This document shows positions 1 through 9,887 of a stretch of 64,000 nucleotides of DNA, piece after piece. The notes beneath the pieces were generated by a model. That model ran no database searches. It was given only the letters and a program-made list of their open reading frames with translations, and was not told where the DNA came from. Numbering within the stretch: the stretch's first letter is position 1; every line of letters starts with the position of its first letter. The position numbers and the translations under genes are program-made. Where the stretch lies: NCBI GenBank assembly GCA_025354385.1, contig JANXMZ010000033.1, positions 24,110-88,109 on the forward strand. Reading direction: 5' to 3'. This stretch comes from Bacteroidota bacterium. GTDB lineage: Bacteria; Bacteroidota; Bacteroidia; NS11-12g; UBA955.

Positions 1-604
1 CAGCATCAAAAATAGAAAACAAACCAATGGAATGAAAAGGATTGTAAATGGTCATACCATCCAATAAAATTTTATTCATAATGGGACTACCTCCACGAAT
101 GTATAACTGCCCTCCTTGATCGCCACTAAACACAACGCCCGGTAAAATTTGAAGGTACTGAACCAAATCTGGGGTTCCACCAATAGTTGGTATTTTTGTA
201 AGTTGTTTGGCTGTAATTTTAGTTGTGCCTATATCCACGTCTTCTTTCTTTTTATTTTTTCCAACTTCTACAACCCTGCCAGAACCGATATTGTATAAAA
301 TGGGTTTTAAAAAAAAGTTTTGAGTAATCGTTTTATCTGCTACAATGGTAATATTAAATACAACCGTATCGTAACCAATACTAGTCGCTTCAATTTGATA
401 GTTACCTGGGGTTAATTTTGTGATGGTATAAAATCCTTCACTGTTACTGGAGGTTCCGATATTAATCGACCTAATGTTGACATTTGCATTGTCAATTTCA
501 ACACCAGTTGCAACATCCTTGACAGAACCTTTTACACTTCCTGATTGAGAATAATTTTTAAAAGAAACGAAAAGAAAAAACAATAAAATAAAATTTTTAA
601 ACAT
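1..604 (-). CDS. TonB-dependent receptor, N-terminal part (signal peptide, CarboxypepD_reg-like domain, plug); 3' end lies outside the window
   Basis: Not in the ORF track because it runs off the window. The reverse-strand ATG at 602-604 gives MFKNFILLFFLFVSFKNYSQSGSVKGSVKDVATGVEIDNANV...ITAKQLTKIPTIGGTPDLVQYLQILPGVVFSGDQGGQLYIRGG, the usual Bacteroidota TBDR N-terminus. Confidence 0.8.
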   Translation of the reverse strand, partial: MFKNFILLFFLFVSFKNYSQSGSVKGSVKDVATGVEIDNANVNIRSINIGTSSNSEGFYTITKLTPGNYQIEATSIGYDTVVFNITIVADKTITQNFFLKPILYNIGSGRVVEVGKNKKKEDVDIGTTKITAKQLTKIPTIGGTPDLVQYLQILPGVVFSGDQGGQLYIRGGSPIMNKILLDGMTIYNPFHSIGLFSIFDA

Positions 605-781
605 AAAAGGCAAAAATAATAAATTAAGCTTAAAACCTAAAATAAAAACAAATTTTATACACTATCTAATAAAAAAGCTTTACCAAAACTCAATTTATTG
701 GGTTTCCGAATGCCTTAAATACCAAAGACTAGTCATATTTTTAACAGAAACTACTCTGAAAATGTCCTTTTAAATCACTTA

Positions 782-1999
782 TCAATGATTAATCTCTAAT
801 AAAGTACGACTTACAACACCGACCCCATTGGTAACAGAAACCAGATAAAATCCTGGGACTTCAATTTGAAATTGAATAGTAGTACTATTCGATTTTTTTT
901 CTAAAATAAGTCTGCCCTGCATATCCATTACTTGAATGGTTGCACCTTGTATGTTACCATCTATATTAAATGACCCCAATGAAGGATTCGGGTAGATATT
1001 TATATCTGATTTTACTGCACTAGTAAGTGATAAGGGAGTTAAGGGTCCTCCATTATTATTAGTGCGTAAAATAGTTCCTCCATCGCCAACTATAATTCCA
1101 ATATTCTGACTGAAGGTGATTTTATTCAATGCGCTAGCGGTGCCTGTTAATTGCAATTTACGGTTATTGAAACCCGTATTCCATTTACTTATTAACCCAC
1201 TGCTGCCAATTATAAATCCCGAATCTGGGTTTGAGAAGAAGGCATTGTTAATAATTTTCATTTCACCTATTTTACCTTGCTGCCAGGTTTTTCCTGTATC
1301 ATAACTAAAGGCAAAAATATTGTGGTATTTGCCAATAATTAGCGTATCAGGATATCCTCCTCCTATCATCAAAATAGCATTGCCAAGATGAGAAATATGA
1401 GCGAGAGAAATGGAAGTTGGAGAATTCATTTTTTTCCATCTTTTTTCACTTACATGTTTGTGTATTATGTATCCACTATCGCCCACCGCCCAGCAATTGC
1501 CATCCGGCATAATGGTAAGTGCATTTAATTTTCTGAATTTTACTTGGGTAGTATCAACCGTCCAATTATCCCCAAAATCTGTAGAACTAATGGCTAGCAT
1601 ATCCTTTCCTATTGCCACTCCATGATTGTTGTAAAATGCCATATCATAGGCAAAGGCCGCAGTTTTAACATAGCGCTGAGTCCATGTTTTACCACCGTCT
1701 GTTGTTTTCATCATACGGGCATTTTCACCTGTTACAAATCCTGTAAGTGTATCCAAAAAATGCAGGGTCCTTAAATCAAATACAGGGTTAATGCTTAATT
1801 TTTTCCAAGAGTTTCCAGTATCGGTAGATTTAAGAACTACGCCAGAATTACCCAAGGTATAGGCGGTATTTCCAACAATTTGAATATCGTATAAATCGGC
1901 ATTATTAGTTGTGTATACTTTTTTCCATTGTGCATTGGCAAATTTTGCCGTTCCAACTAGTATTAGAAAACAAACTACAAATTTGAATTTTTTGAACAT
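782..1999 (-). CDS. Secreted Asp-box (BNR) beta-propeller protein with a T9SS type-A C-terminal sorting domain
   Basis: Signal peptide MFKKFKFVVCFLILVGTAKFANAQ. Repeated SxDxGxxW boxes (STDTGNSWKK, TTDGGKTWTQ, STDFGDNWTV, SYDTGKTWQQ). C-terminus IYPNPSLGSFNIDG...FYLVSVTN is typical of Por/T9SS CTDs. Confidence 0.85.
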   Translation of the reverse strand: MFKKFKFVVCFLILVGTAKFANAQWKKVYTTNNADLYDIQIVGNTAYTLGNSGVVLKSTDTGNSWKKLSINPVFDLRTLHFLDTLTGFVTGENARMMKTTDGGKTWTQRYVKTAAFAYDMAFYNNHGVAIGKDMLAISSTDFGDNWTVDTTQVKFRKLNALTIMPDGNCWAVGDSGYIIHKHVSEKRWKKMNSPTSISLAHISHLGNAILMIGGGYPDTLIIGKYHNIFAFSYDTGKTWQQGKIGEMKIINNAFFSNPDSGFIIGSSGLISKWNTGFNNRKLQLTGTASALNKITFSQNIGIIVGDGGTILRTNNNGGPLTPLSLTSAVKSDINIYPNPSLGSFNIDGNIQGATIQVMDMQGRLILEKKSNSTTIQFQIEVPGFYLVSVTNGVGVVSRTLLEINH

Positions 2000-2077
2000 A
2001 AAGACACAAATTTACACAAATGCGATTATTTTATTGTAACATAAGAATGTATTAATGTTAATTATTAAATTTGCGTA

Positions 2078-2251
2078 GTGCCAAATTCAATTGCTGAAGA
2101 GGATTATTATTTTAATACGAGTGGTCTCATGGTATTTACGACTAAATACCATTTGAAGCGAGGCACTTGTTGTGGCATGAAATGTCTCCACTGCCCATTC
2201 GAACATATCAATGTGAAGCCAAAGCGAGACAAAATTTCAACTAACAAATAA
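2078..2251 (+). CDS. Small Cys-rich protein, DUF5522-like (57 aa, GTG start)
   Basis: Below the ORF-track length cutoff. Translation VPNSIAEEDYYFNTSGLMVFTTKYHLKRGTCCGMKCLHCPFEHINVKPKRDKISTNK carries the YHLxRGxCCxxxCxHCP signature I associate with DUF5522. The start is uncertain; an in-frame ATG lies at 2129. Confidence 0.55.
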   Translation: MPNSIAEEDYYFNTSGLMVFTTKYHLKRGTCCGMKCLHCPFEHINVKPKRDKISTNK

Positions 2252-2288
2252 ACTTTCTCCTCAATTTATTGTTACAAATTAGATTATT

Positions 2289-2573
2289 ATGGAAGAGTTG
2301 AGTGATTTGGCGAAGGAAATTATTATGTTATTGATTTTCGAGGAAGAATTCAATAACATTATATCAGAAACTAAAGAACCCAATAAATATGCTGTTCGCG
2401 ATGAATTGAAAAATTTAATTGTTAAAGACTTCGCAAAACCAGCTGCTGAAATAGAAACAAGTATCCGCAAAGGCTTTACATATGATAGCGATAGAATGTT
2501 TGAATACAGTTATTGTTTAACAGCCAAGGGCTACAAAATTCTGGAAGACCTTTTGAAATACTTAAAAAAATAG
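2289..2573 (+). CDS. Hypothetical acidic protein (94 aa)
   Basis: Clean ORF in an otherwise empty intergenic space. No motif recognised. Confidence 0.45.
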   Translation: MEELSDLAKEIIMLLIFEEEFNNIISETKEPNKYAVRDELKNLIVKDFAKPAAEIETSIRKGFTYDSDRMFEYSYCLTAKGYKILEDLLKYLKK

Positions 2574-2660
2574 TTGATATCGCTCTCATATTCTTTAGAC
2601 ATGTTTTCTTCTAGAACTCTTCTGCGATTGGTTTAAATATTTATATATTTGCCACCAATA

Positions 2661-3236
2661 ATGTCAGACTATTTTGCTCATCCCACTGCTATCATAGACG
2701 AAGGCTGCACCATTGGCGCTGGCACTAAGATATGGCACTTCAGCCATATAATGCCCAATTGCACACTTGGCGAAAAATGCAATATTGGCCAAAATGTGGT
2801 GATATCTCCAGATGTTGTGTTAGGACAGAATGTAAAAGTTCAAAATAACGTTTCCATTTATACAGGTGTAATCTGCGAAGACGATGTTTTTTTGGGACCC
2901 AGCATGGTGTTTACCAATGTCATTAATCCAAGAAGTGCTGTTAACAGAAAGGAACAATATGCCAAAACAAAAGTTGGCAAAGGCGTAAGTATAGGAGCCA
3001 ATGCCACCATAGTTTGCGGACATGATATTGGCGAATATGCTTTTATTGGTGCAGGCGCTGTTGTTACTAAACATGTAGCCCCATTTGCTTTGCTTGTGGG
3101 TAATCCTGCTCGTCAAATCGGATGGATGAGCGAGTTCGGACATCGCTTAGAATTCAATCCAAAAGGCTTGGCCATTTGTCCGGAGAGTTTACAAGAATAT
3201 GCATTAGAAAACGGTTTTGTAAAACGAATAAAATAA
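2661..3236 (+). CDS. Hexapeptide-repeat (left-handed beta-helix) sugar N-acetyltransferase, WbpD/WxcM-C-like
   Basis: Repeated [LIV]G hexapeptide pattern (IGAGTKIWHFSHI, IGQNVVISPDVVLGQNVKVQNNVSIY, IGANATIVCG, IGAGAVV). The ATG at 2661 is preferred over the TTG at 2649. Confidence 0.85.
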   Translation: MSDYFAHPTAIIDEGCTIGAGTKIWHFSHIMPNCTLGEKCNIGQNVVISPDVVLGQNVKVQNNVSIYTGVICEDDVFLGPSMVFTNVINPRSAVNRKEQYAKTKVGKGVSIGANATIVCGHDIGEYAFIGAGAVVTKHVAPFALLVGNPARQIGWMSEFGHRLEFNPKGLAICPESLQEYALENGFVKRIK

Positions 3237-3239
3237 AAT

Positions 3240-4238
3240 ATGAAAAACATTCTGGTTACGGGAGGTTTGGGATATATAGGATCTCACACAGTTATAGAAT
3301 TAATAGCACATGGTTATTCGCCCATCATCATCGATGATTTAAGCAACACCAATATAGCGGTTCTTCAACAAATTCAAAAAATTACCAGCAAGGAAGTTCC
3401 TTTTTATAAAAACGATATTGCTGAACAAGGACTTTTGGAAAAAGTTTTACGCGCTCATGCCATTGATGGTGTTATTCATTTTGCTGCTTTTAAAGCGGTT
3501 GGAGAATCCGTAAAAGCACCATTGAAATATTACGACAATAATATTGGTGGATTAGTAGCTTTGCTAAAAGCAATGCAAAAATGCGACGTTAAAAATATCG
3601 TTTTTAGTTCTTCTTGTACCGTTTATGGAGAACCAGATGTTTCACCAGTAAACGAATTATCTCCTATAAAAAAAGCAAATTCACCTTATGGCAATACCAA
3701 ACAAATAGGAGAAGAAATTTTATTTGATTGTCCGTTTCTAAATACCGTTGCGTTGCGATATTTTAATCCTATTGGTGCGCACCCTAGCGCACTAATTGGC
3801 GAACTACCGCTTGGGGTACCCAATAATTTAGTGCCATTTATTACCCAAACAGCTGCTGGCATTCGCGAAAAACTTACAGTATATGGCAATGATTACAATA
3901 CCAAAGATGGCACCTGTGTTCGCGATTATATTCATGTTGTAGATTTGGCCAAAGCTCATGTAAAAGCTTTGGATTATATTCAGAAAAATGCAGGCAATAC
4001 ATTTGAAGTTTTTAATATAGGCACTGGCAATGGTTTTACTGTTTTAGAAATCATAGATACCTTCGAAAAAACCAATCATTTAAAATTGAATTACACCATT
4101 GGCGATAGAAGAGCTGGTGATGTAGAGAAGGTATGGGCTAACACTGATAAGGCTAAAAACGTACTCGGTTGGTCTGCCGAACTCGACTTGACTAGCATGG
4201 TAAAATCGGCTTGGGACTGGCAAAAAACCTTGTCCTAA
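3240..4238 (+). CDS. galE: UDP-glucose 4-epimerase
   Basis: N-terminal Rossmann motif VTGGLGYIGSHT, the YGNTK catalytic YxxxK, 332 aa, and full-length GalE-like pattern. Confidence 0.92.
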   Translation: MKNILVTGGLGYIGSHTVIELIAHGYSPIIIDDLSNTNIAVLQQIQKITSKEVPFYKNDIAEQGLLEKVLRAHAIDGVIHFAAFKAVGESVKAPLKYYDNNIGGLVALLKAMQKCDVKNIVFSSSCTVYGEPDVSPVNELSPIKKANSPYGNTKQIGEEILFDCPFLNTVALRYFNPIGAHPSALIGELPLGVPNNLVPFITQTAAGIREKLTVYGNDYNTKDGTCVRDYIHVVDLAKAHVKALDYIQKNAGNTFEVFNIGTGNGFTVLEIIDTFEKTNHLKLNYTIGDRRAGDVEKVWANTDKAKNVLGWSAELDLTSMVKSAWDWQKTLS

Positions 4239-4276
4239 ACACTCACTAAAAAAGGCATCTCTAACATAAAAAAATA

Positions 4277-5542
4277 ATGAATAAATTATCTCAACTTGCA
4301 GAAACGCTCATTCCTTCGGAAATAATAAAATTAGGCAATGAAATTTCGGAACGTATTAAGCAAGGGAATAAGATTTATAATTTTACAATTGGGGATTTTG
4401 ATCCTCATATTTTTTCAATTCCTCAAGAACTAGAAGATGAAATTGTTAAAGCCTATCGCGACAAAAAAACAAATTACCCACCAGCCAATGGCATTGTTGA
4501 ATTGCGAAAAGCTGTTGCTTCATTTATTAAAAATCATCAAGGACTTGATTACGATGCTAATTCGTTTTTAATTTCGGGTGGTGGTCGACCATTAATATAC
4601 GCTACTTACCGAACCATTTGCGACAGAGGCGAAAAAGTCATTTATCCTGTACCATCATGGAACAATAACCACTACACGCATTTTATAGAAGGCGAACATA
4701 TTTGCATAGAAACAAAAGTAGAAAACAATTTCTTGCCAACAGCAGAAGAATTGATTCCGCATTTTAAGGACGCTGTTCTTTTGGCATTGTGCTCTCCTTT
4801 GAATCCAACAGGCACTGTTTTTACAAAAGATCAACTTACTAAAATATGTGCCGCTGTGGTAGAAGAAAACAAAAAAAGAAGTGCTGGTCAAAAACCGTTA
4901 TACATACTTTATGATCAAATATACTGGACCCTTACCTATGGCAGTTCAGTGCATTACGATCCCGTAAGTTTATTTCCTGAGTTAAGAGATTACACCATTT
5001 ATATTGACGGCATAAGCAAAGCGTTTTGTGCCACTGGAGTTAGAGTGGGTTGGGCTTTCGGCCCTGTCAATGTTATAGACAAAATGAAAGGCATTCTCAG
5101 CCACATTGGTGCATGGAGCCCTATGGCAGAGCAAGTAGCTACTGCAAATTACATGCAACAATACGGTGCAGTAAATGCATTTTTGGATACCACTAGAAGC
5201 GCTTTGCATTTAAGATTGACTAAAATTTATGAAGGATTCATGCGCTTAAAACAAGATGGTTATCCTGTCGATGCAATAGAGCCGATGGCGGCCATGTATC
5301 TTACCATTCGTTTTTCTTTCAAATGCAAAATCAATGCTTCTGGCGAAACCATTCATAATACATCTGATATGACTTCTTATTTATTGAAAGAAGCATCACT
5401 GGCCATTGTGCCATTTGCGGCTTTTGGAGCCGACAAAGAGAGTGAGTGGTATCGGTTGAGTGTTGGCACTTGTAAGGTGGAAGAAATACCTGAAATGTTG
5501 GAAAAATTAAAGTCTGCTTTAGATGCTTTAAAAAATAATTAA
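4277..5542 (+). CDS. Pyridoxal-phosphate-dependent aminotransferase, class I/II (aspartate-aminotransferase-like)
   Basis: PLNPTG motif and the SKAFCATGVRVGW lysine/arginine motif typical of class I aminotransferases. 421 aa. Confidence 0.88.
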   Translation: MNKLSQLAETLIPSEIIKLGNEISERIKQGNKIYNFTIGDFDPHIFSIPQELEDEIVKAYRDKKTNYPPANGIVELRKAVASFIKNHQGLDYDANSFLISGGGRPLIYATYRTICDRGEKVIYPVPSWNNNHYTHFIEGEHICIETKVENNFLPTAEELIPHFKDAVLLALCSPLNPTGTVFTKDQLTKICAAVVEENKKRSAGQKPLYILYDQIYWTLTYGSSVHYDPVSLFPELRDYTIYIDGISKAFCATGVRVGWAFGPVNVIDKMKGILSHIGAWSPMAEQVATANYMQQYGAVNAFLDTTRSALHLRLTKIYEGFMRLKQDGYPVDAIEPMAAMYLTIRFSFKCKINASGETIHNTSDMTSYLLKEASLAIVPFAAFGADKESEWYRLSVGTCKVEEIPEMLEKLKSALDALKNN

Positions 5543-6303
5543 GACATCCAAATTTCCCAAGCTTTATCCGCCTGCAAATGCAGCATCTCCAAACCATTTT
5601 TTGCTTTGGCATCCATAATTTCAAACACACTCATGGTGGTTGTAAAATCGGGATTGTAAACCATATCAAAACAATGGTGTTCTTTATTTATCCAACCAGA
5701 AGGAATGGGCAATGTTGCATGCATGTATGGATAAGTTCCTAAAGGAGTACAATTAACAATTAAATCGGCCTGGGCAAAAACACTTTCATTTAAATCTCCT
5801 ATTAATAACTGATTTTCTTTTCTAATCGTTCGAACCACTTGCATGTAGTCAATTTTTAATTTTGTACAAATGTATTGTGCAGCTTTGGCGGCACCTCCAT
5901 CTCCAAAAATAAGGGCGCGCTTTTTATTGAAAGAATACCAATTGCTTAAACTCATTTCGAATCCAAACGCATCCGTATTATACCCAATCAACTCTATATC
6001 GCCATTGTTTCTAAACACCTTTACACAATTTACTGCACCAATAGTGGCGGCCTCTTCCGATATAACATCACACAAAGTCATCACATTTAATTTATGGGGA
6101 ATGGTAACATTAAAACCAATTAAATCTGGTTCGTTTTTAATGCGGTCTTTCAAGCTGTTTAATTTATCCATATCCCATAGCTCATAAGTCGCGTTTAGTA
6201 AACCAAGTTGACTAAATTTTAATTCGAAATAAGACTTTGAAAAAGAATGCGCCAGTGGATGTCCAACAAGTGCCAACTTAAAGTTTTGAGAAATTGGGGG
6301 CAT
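5539..6303 (-). CDS. aroE: Shikimate dehydrogenase
   Basis: GHPLAHSFSKSYF and NVTIPHK substrate-site motifs and the GDGGAAKAA NADP loop. 254 aa. Its 3' end overlaps the convergent aminotransferase stop by 4 nt. Confidence 0.9.
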   Translation of the reverse strand: MPPISQNFKLALVGHPLAHSFSKSYFELKFSQLGLLNATYELWDMDKLNSLKDRIKNEPDLIGFNVTIPHKLNVMTLCDVISEEAATIGAVNCVKVFRNNGDIELIGYNTDAFGFEMSLSNWYSFNKKRALIFGDGGAAKAAQYICTKLKIDYMQVVRTIRKENQLLIGDLNESVFAQADLIVNCTPLGTYPYMHATLPIPSGWINKEHHCFDMVYNPDFTTTMSVFEIMDAKAKNGLEMLHLQADKAWEIWMS

Positions 6304-6473
6304 ACGAATTATTTTGTTGTTATCTATGAAGCTTTACTTTTTTAAGGTTGATTTATTCTTTATTTGTGAATAGCAGTTTATTGGAGGAGCAGGCGGCAAG
6401 TTGTTTGAACTCTATTCACTCCTTGCTGTAATATACTTTCAAACATTCAATAGAAATTACAGAATTATGCCAG

Positions 6474-7136
6474 CTACCCCATATTCGCAGCTTGTTTCTT
6501 CTCGTTCTTAGCTTTTATAATCCCTATTAAAATTGGTAAAATAGAAAATCCAATAATTGCAAAAATAACGATTTCAAAATTGTTTTTAATGATTGGAATA
6601 TTGCCGCACAAATAGCCTAATAAACTAACCCCAGCTACCCATAAAATAGCCCCTAAGACACAATTTACAATGTACTTTTTGTATTTCATACTACCCGCTC
6701 CTGCTACGAAAGGGGCCACAGTTCTAACAATTGGAACAAAGCGCGCAATAATAACCGTTTTGCCACCATACTTTTCATAGTACTTCTCTGTTTTTTCTAT
6801 GTGCTCCTGTTTCAGAAAGAGGAGTTTTTTCTTGCTCTTAATCCATGCACCTAATTTATGTCCTACAAAATAATTCAGATTATCTCCCATCAAAGCAGCA
6901 ACAATTAGCAAGGGAATTAATATCAAAATATTCAAACTCCCATCTGCAGCAGCTAAAGCGCCTGCGGCAAACAAAAGAGAATCACCTGGCAATAACGGCA
7001 TCACCACAAATCCCGTTTCTACAAAAATTATGAGGAACATAATACCATATATCCAAACCCCATATTCAGAAATCCAGACTTTCAAATATTCGTCTAGATG
7101 CATAAGAATCTTAAGTCCTTGTTCTAATACTTCCAT
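6474..7136 (-). CDS. DedA/SNARE-associated family membrane protein
   Basis: LPGDSLLFAAG and ARFVPIVRTVAPFVAGAGSMKY motifs with multiple TM helices. The start is taken at the internal ATG (MEVLEQG); the ORF is open to 7157. Confidence 0.88.
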   Translation of the reverse strand: MEVLEQGLKILMHLDEYLKVWISEYGVWIYGIMFLIIFVETGFVVMPLLPGDSLLFAAGALAAADGSLNILILIPLLIVAALMGDNLNYFVGHKLGAWIKSKKKLLFLKQEHIEKTEKYYEKYGGKTVIIARFVPIVRTVAPFVAGAGSMKYKKYIVNCVLGAILWVAGVSLLGYLCGNIPIIKNNFEIVIFAIIGFSILPILIGIIKAKNEKKQAANMG

Positions 7137-7379
7137 AAAGCAAAAGTAAGGATACATGTGGTAAAAAAAAATTTATCTGCTATGTGTATCTCATAAATAG
7201 ATTGGACTTCGAATACTTGAAAAACATTATTCAATTTAAGCTATTGCAAGACCCTACATTTTATTTAAAGGTAAACACAACTGATCTGCTTGCCTTAAAC
7301 AGCGGATATTTTAAACATTTTAGACGAACAAATGAAGTGTATATAATATTTTTGACTTATTTTCGTTTCTTCTATAATC

Positions 7380-7499
7380 ATGAAGACCAAAATATTTTTC
7401 TCATTTTTGTTATTACTATTGGTGTCTACATCGGCCTGTGGCAGTAAGAAAAGTGTGGGTGGTGGCAAATCAAACAGAGGTTGTAATTGCAAATTCTAA
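7380..7499 (+). CDS. Possible small lipoprotein (39 aa)
   Basis: Below the ORF-track cutoff. MKTKIFFSFLLLLLVSTSACGSKKSVGGGKSNRGCNCKF has a signal peptide plus lipobox (STSAC) and sits 72 nt upstream of the POT transporter gene. Confidence 0.3.
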   Translation: MKTKIFFSFLLLLLVSTSACGSKKSVGGGKSNRGCNCKF

Positions 7500-7571
7500 G
7501 AATACAACTTTAAGTGATCCAAGTCATTTAAAAATAAACTTATTTTCTTATTCTTGTAGTCATCTAATTTT

Positions 7572-9248
7572 ATGGCTCAAAAGAATCAACACCCGAAGGC
7601 TTTGCCTTATTTGTTTTTTACTGAAATGTGGGAACGTTTCGGGTACTATTTAATGATTGGTATCTTTACCCAATACCTCATGGAAAAATGGGATGGCATT
7701 AATGGAGGATTTGCCATGTCTAAGAAAGAAGCCTATGATATTTTTGGCACTTTTATCGCCTTTGTATTTTTAACTCCCTTTGTTGGAGGCTTGCTGGCCG
7801 ACCGCAAACTCGGCTATGTAAAATCCATCCTTATTGGAGGCTTACTCATGGGCATTGGGTATTGTGCATTATCCGTGCATGACCTACCCATTTTTTACGC
7901 TGGCTTGTTTCTTATAATTCTAGGCAATGGATTTTTCAAACCCAATATTTCAACACTCTTGGGCAATCTTTACAACCAAGAGGCATACAAAGCTGGAAAA
8001 GATTCTGGTTACAATATTTTTTACATGGGAATCAATGTAGGGGCATTAATTTGTAATTTCATTGCCGCTTATTTGCGCAACAAATACGGTTGGGGCTATG
8101 CATTTCTTGGCGCTGGTATAGGAATGTTCGTGGGCTTAATTGTTTTTTTAATTGGCATGAAACACTATGCGGTGGGCAATGTTATAAAACCAGTGACAGC
8201 AGAGGATACACCTCTTTCCAAAATATTCATTACAATTTTTTTACCCGCCATTATTTTTGGAATATTGGGCTGGTTTATCAAAGGTATTACAGGTCCTGAA
8301 AATTTACATGGCAATATTTTTGGCTCGGATAGTTCGGATGCTTTTATTTTTGCTACCCTCCCTATTATTTATTATTACATTTCGGTTTATTTCAAGGCAA
8401 ATGCAAACGATAAAAAACCCATTTCAGCCTTATTAGTTGTTTTTTTGGTATCTATCATGTTTTGGGCGGTATTCAAACAAAATGGAACTGCACTTACAAC
8501 TTGGGCCAAGTTTTACACCAATAGAGGAGTGCCAACGGCTGTTGAACCTGTTTTAGATAATCTAAAACTAATGGAAACTATTCCTTCTGGTGTAAGCATT
8601 GTAGATAAATTTGACAAAAATTTTAATTTGATAAAAGACGATTCGGGAAAGGCTGTTAAAGAATTGGGACGTTCTATTTATTTCAGAAATTTACCCGCAA
8701 AAGATGCACCACCTATGGATCAGCCAGCAAAGATTATCAATACCGAATTGTACCAGTCTGTAAACCCTTTTTGGGTAGTGGCCTTAACACCTTTGGTGGT
8801 AGCCTTTTTTATGTATTTAAAAAGAAGAAACAAGGAACCCTCCACCCCTTCTAAAATTGCATGGGGATTACTTATTTCGGCCTTATCACCACTGGTGATG
8901 GTAGCTGCTGTTTACGCCTGCAACAATGGTGCCACCAAGGCTAGCGATGCTTGGCTATGGGGCACTTATGGGGTTATAACAATTGGTGAATTATTTTTAA
9001 GTCCTATGGGATTGAGTTTGGTCTCTAAATTAAGTCCCCCACGCTTAACTTCTTTAATGATGGGTGGTTGGTTTTTGAGTACTTCTATTGGCAATAAACT
9101 ATCAGGAATATTGGCTTCTTTGTGGGATGGTTATGAAAACAAAGCGAATTTCTTTCTCACCAATTCATTGTTATTGCTTATGGCAGCCATTGCCATTTTT
9201 GTGATGTTGAAATGGTTAAATAAGATTTTCAGGGAGTATGTTAACTAA
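7572..9248 (+). CDS. Proton-dependent oligopeptide transporter (POT/PTR2 family, MFS)
   Basis: ERFGYY, GGLLADRKLG and FYMGINVGA PTR2 signatures with about 14 TM segments. 558 aa. Confidence 0.9.
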   Translation: MAQKNQHPKALPYLFFTEMWERFGYYLMIGIFTQYLMEKWDGINGGFAMSKKEAYDIFGTFIAFVFLTPFVGGLLADRKLGYVKSILIGGLLMGIGYCALSVHDLPIFYAGLFLIILGNGFFKPNISTLLGNLYNQEAYKAGKDSGYNIFYMGINVGALICNFIAAYLRNKYGWGYAFLGAGIGMFVGLIVFLIGMKHYAVGNVIKPVTAEDTPLSKIFITIFLPAIIFGILGWFIKGITGPENLHGNIFGSDSSDAFIFATLPIIYYYISVYFKANANDKKPISALLVVFLVSIMFWAVFKQNGTALTTWAKFYTNRGVPTAVEPVLDNLKLMETIPSGVSIVDKFDKNFNLIKDDSGKAVKELGRSIYFRNLPAKDAPPMDQPAKIINTELYQSVNPFWVVALTPLVVAFFMYLKRRNKEPSTPSKIAWGLLISALSPLVMVAAVYACNNGATKASDAWLWGTYGVITIGELFLSPMGLSLVSKLSPPRLTSLMMGGWFLSTSIGNKLSGILASLWDGYENKANFFLTNSLLLLMAAIAIFVMLKWLNKIFREYVN

Positions 9249-9489
9249 GTTATAATATTACTAAACAACAAATGGTTGATAATAATTAAGGTATCAAAAA
9301 ATGTTGACTGATTGATTGTTGCTCATGATAATTGGAAAAAATTTACCAAAAATTGATGGGCAAATACAGAAATTGATATCGGGAATTATAGAAATAGACC
9401 ATCATCAATTCTGAAATAATATTTTAAATACCAACGAATTTAAGCGCTAAGAATATTAATCTAAACTCAATTTTTACAAATAAATTTGC

Positions 9490-9531
9490 GTAACCAAATT
9501 GTTACACATATTTTTGTAACCGAACAGTTAC
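9490..9531. promoter_or_regulatory. Two GTAAC-N6-GTTAC inverted repeats, candidate ArsR-family operator
   Basis: GTAACCAAATTGTTAC (9490-9505) and GTAACCGAACAGTTAC (9516-9531) lie 26 bp apart. The second ends 15 nt before the ArsR start codon. Confidence 0.5.
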
Positions 9532-9545
9532 ATATATTTTCATAA

Positions 9546-9887
9546 ATGAGAAGAGACGTATTTCAGGCACTTGCCGACCCCACCAGAAGAGAAATCATTG
9601 GTTTGATTGCACGCCAATCGCTGAACCTAAATGCGGTAGCGGAGCAATTTGACATTAGTAGACCCGCCATTTCCAAACACATTAAAATTCTGAGCGAATG
9701 TGGTTTGATTAGTGTGCGTAAAGAGGGCAGAGAGCGCTACTGTATTGCTCAGCTAGACAAACTACAAGAAGTATCTGACTGGGTAGAGCAATACAAAATA
9801 TTTTGGACCAAGCGATTTGATGCGCTTGATTTGTATTTAAAACAATTAAAAAAAGCACCGACCAAAACAAACAAAAATAAAAAATGA
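9546..9887 (+). CDS. ArsR/SmtB-family winged-helix transcriptional regulator
   Basis: ALADPTRREIIGLI...LNAVAEQFDISRPAISKHIKILSECGLI is a classic ArsR HTH. Confidence 0.9.
   Translation: MRRDVFQALADPTRREIIGLIARQSLNLNAVAEQFDISRPAISKHIKILSECGLISVRKEGRERYCIAQLDKLQEVSDWVEQYKIFWTKRFDALDLYLKQLKKAPTKTNKNKK

Noticed and set aside
6366-6418. The inverted repeat GTGAATAG...CTATTCAC between the DedA gene and aroE
   Set aside because: An 8-bp stem with a 37-nt loop has no supporting structure or conservation evidence available and could be chance.
9341-9430. A 29-codon ORF (MIIGKNLPKIDGQIQKLISGIIEIDHHQF) in the POT-ArsR intergenic region
   Set aside because: It has no signal, motif or coupling to neighbours and is indistinguishable from a random ORF in AT-rich DNA.
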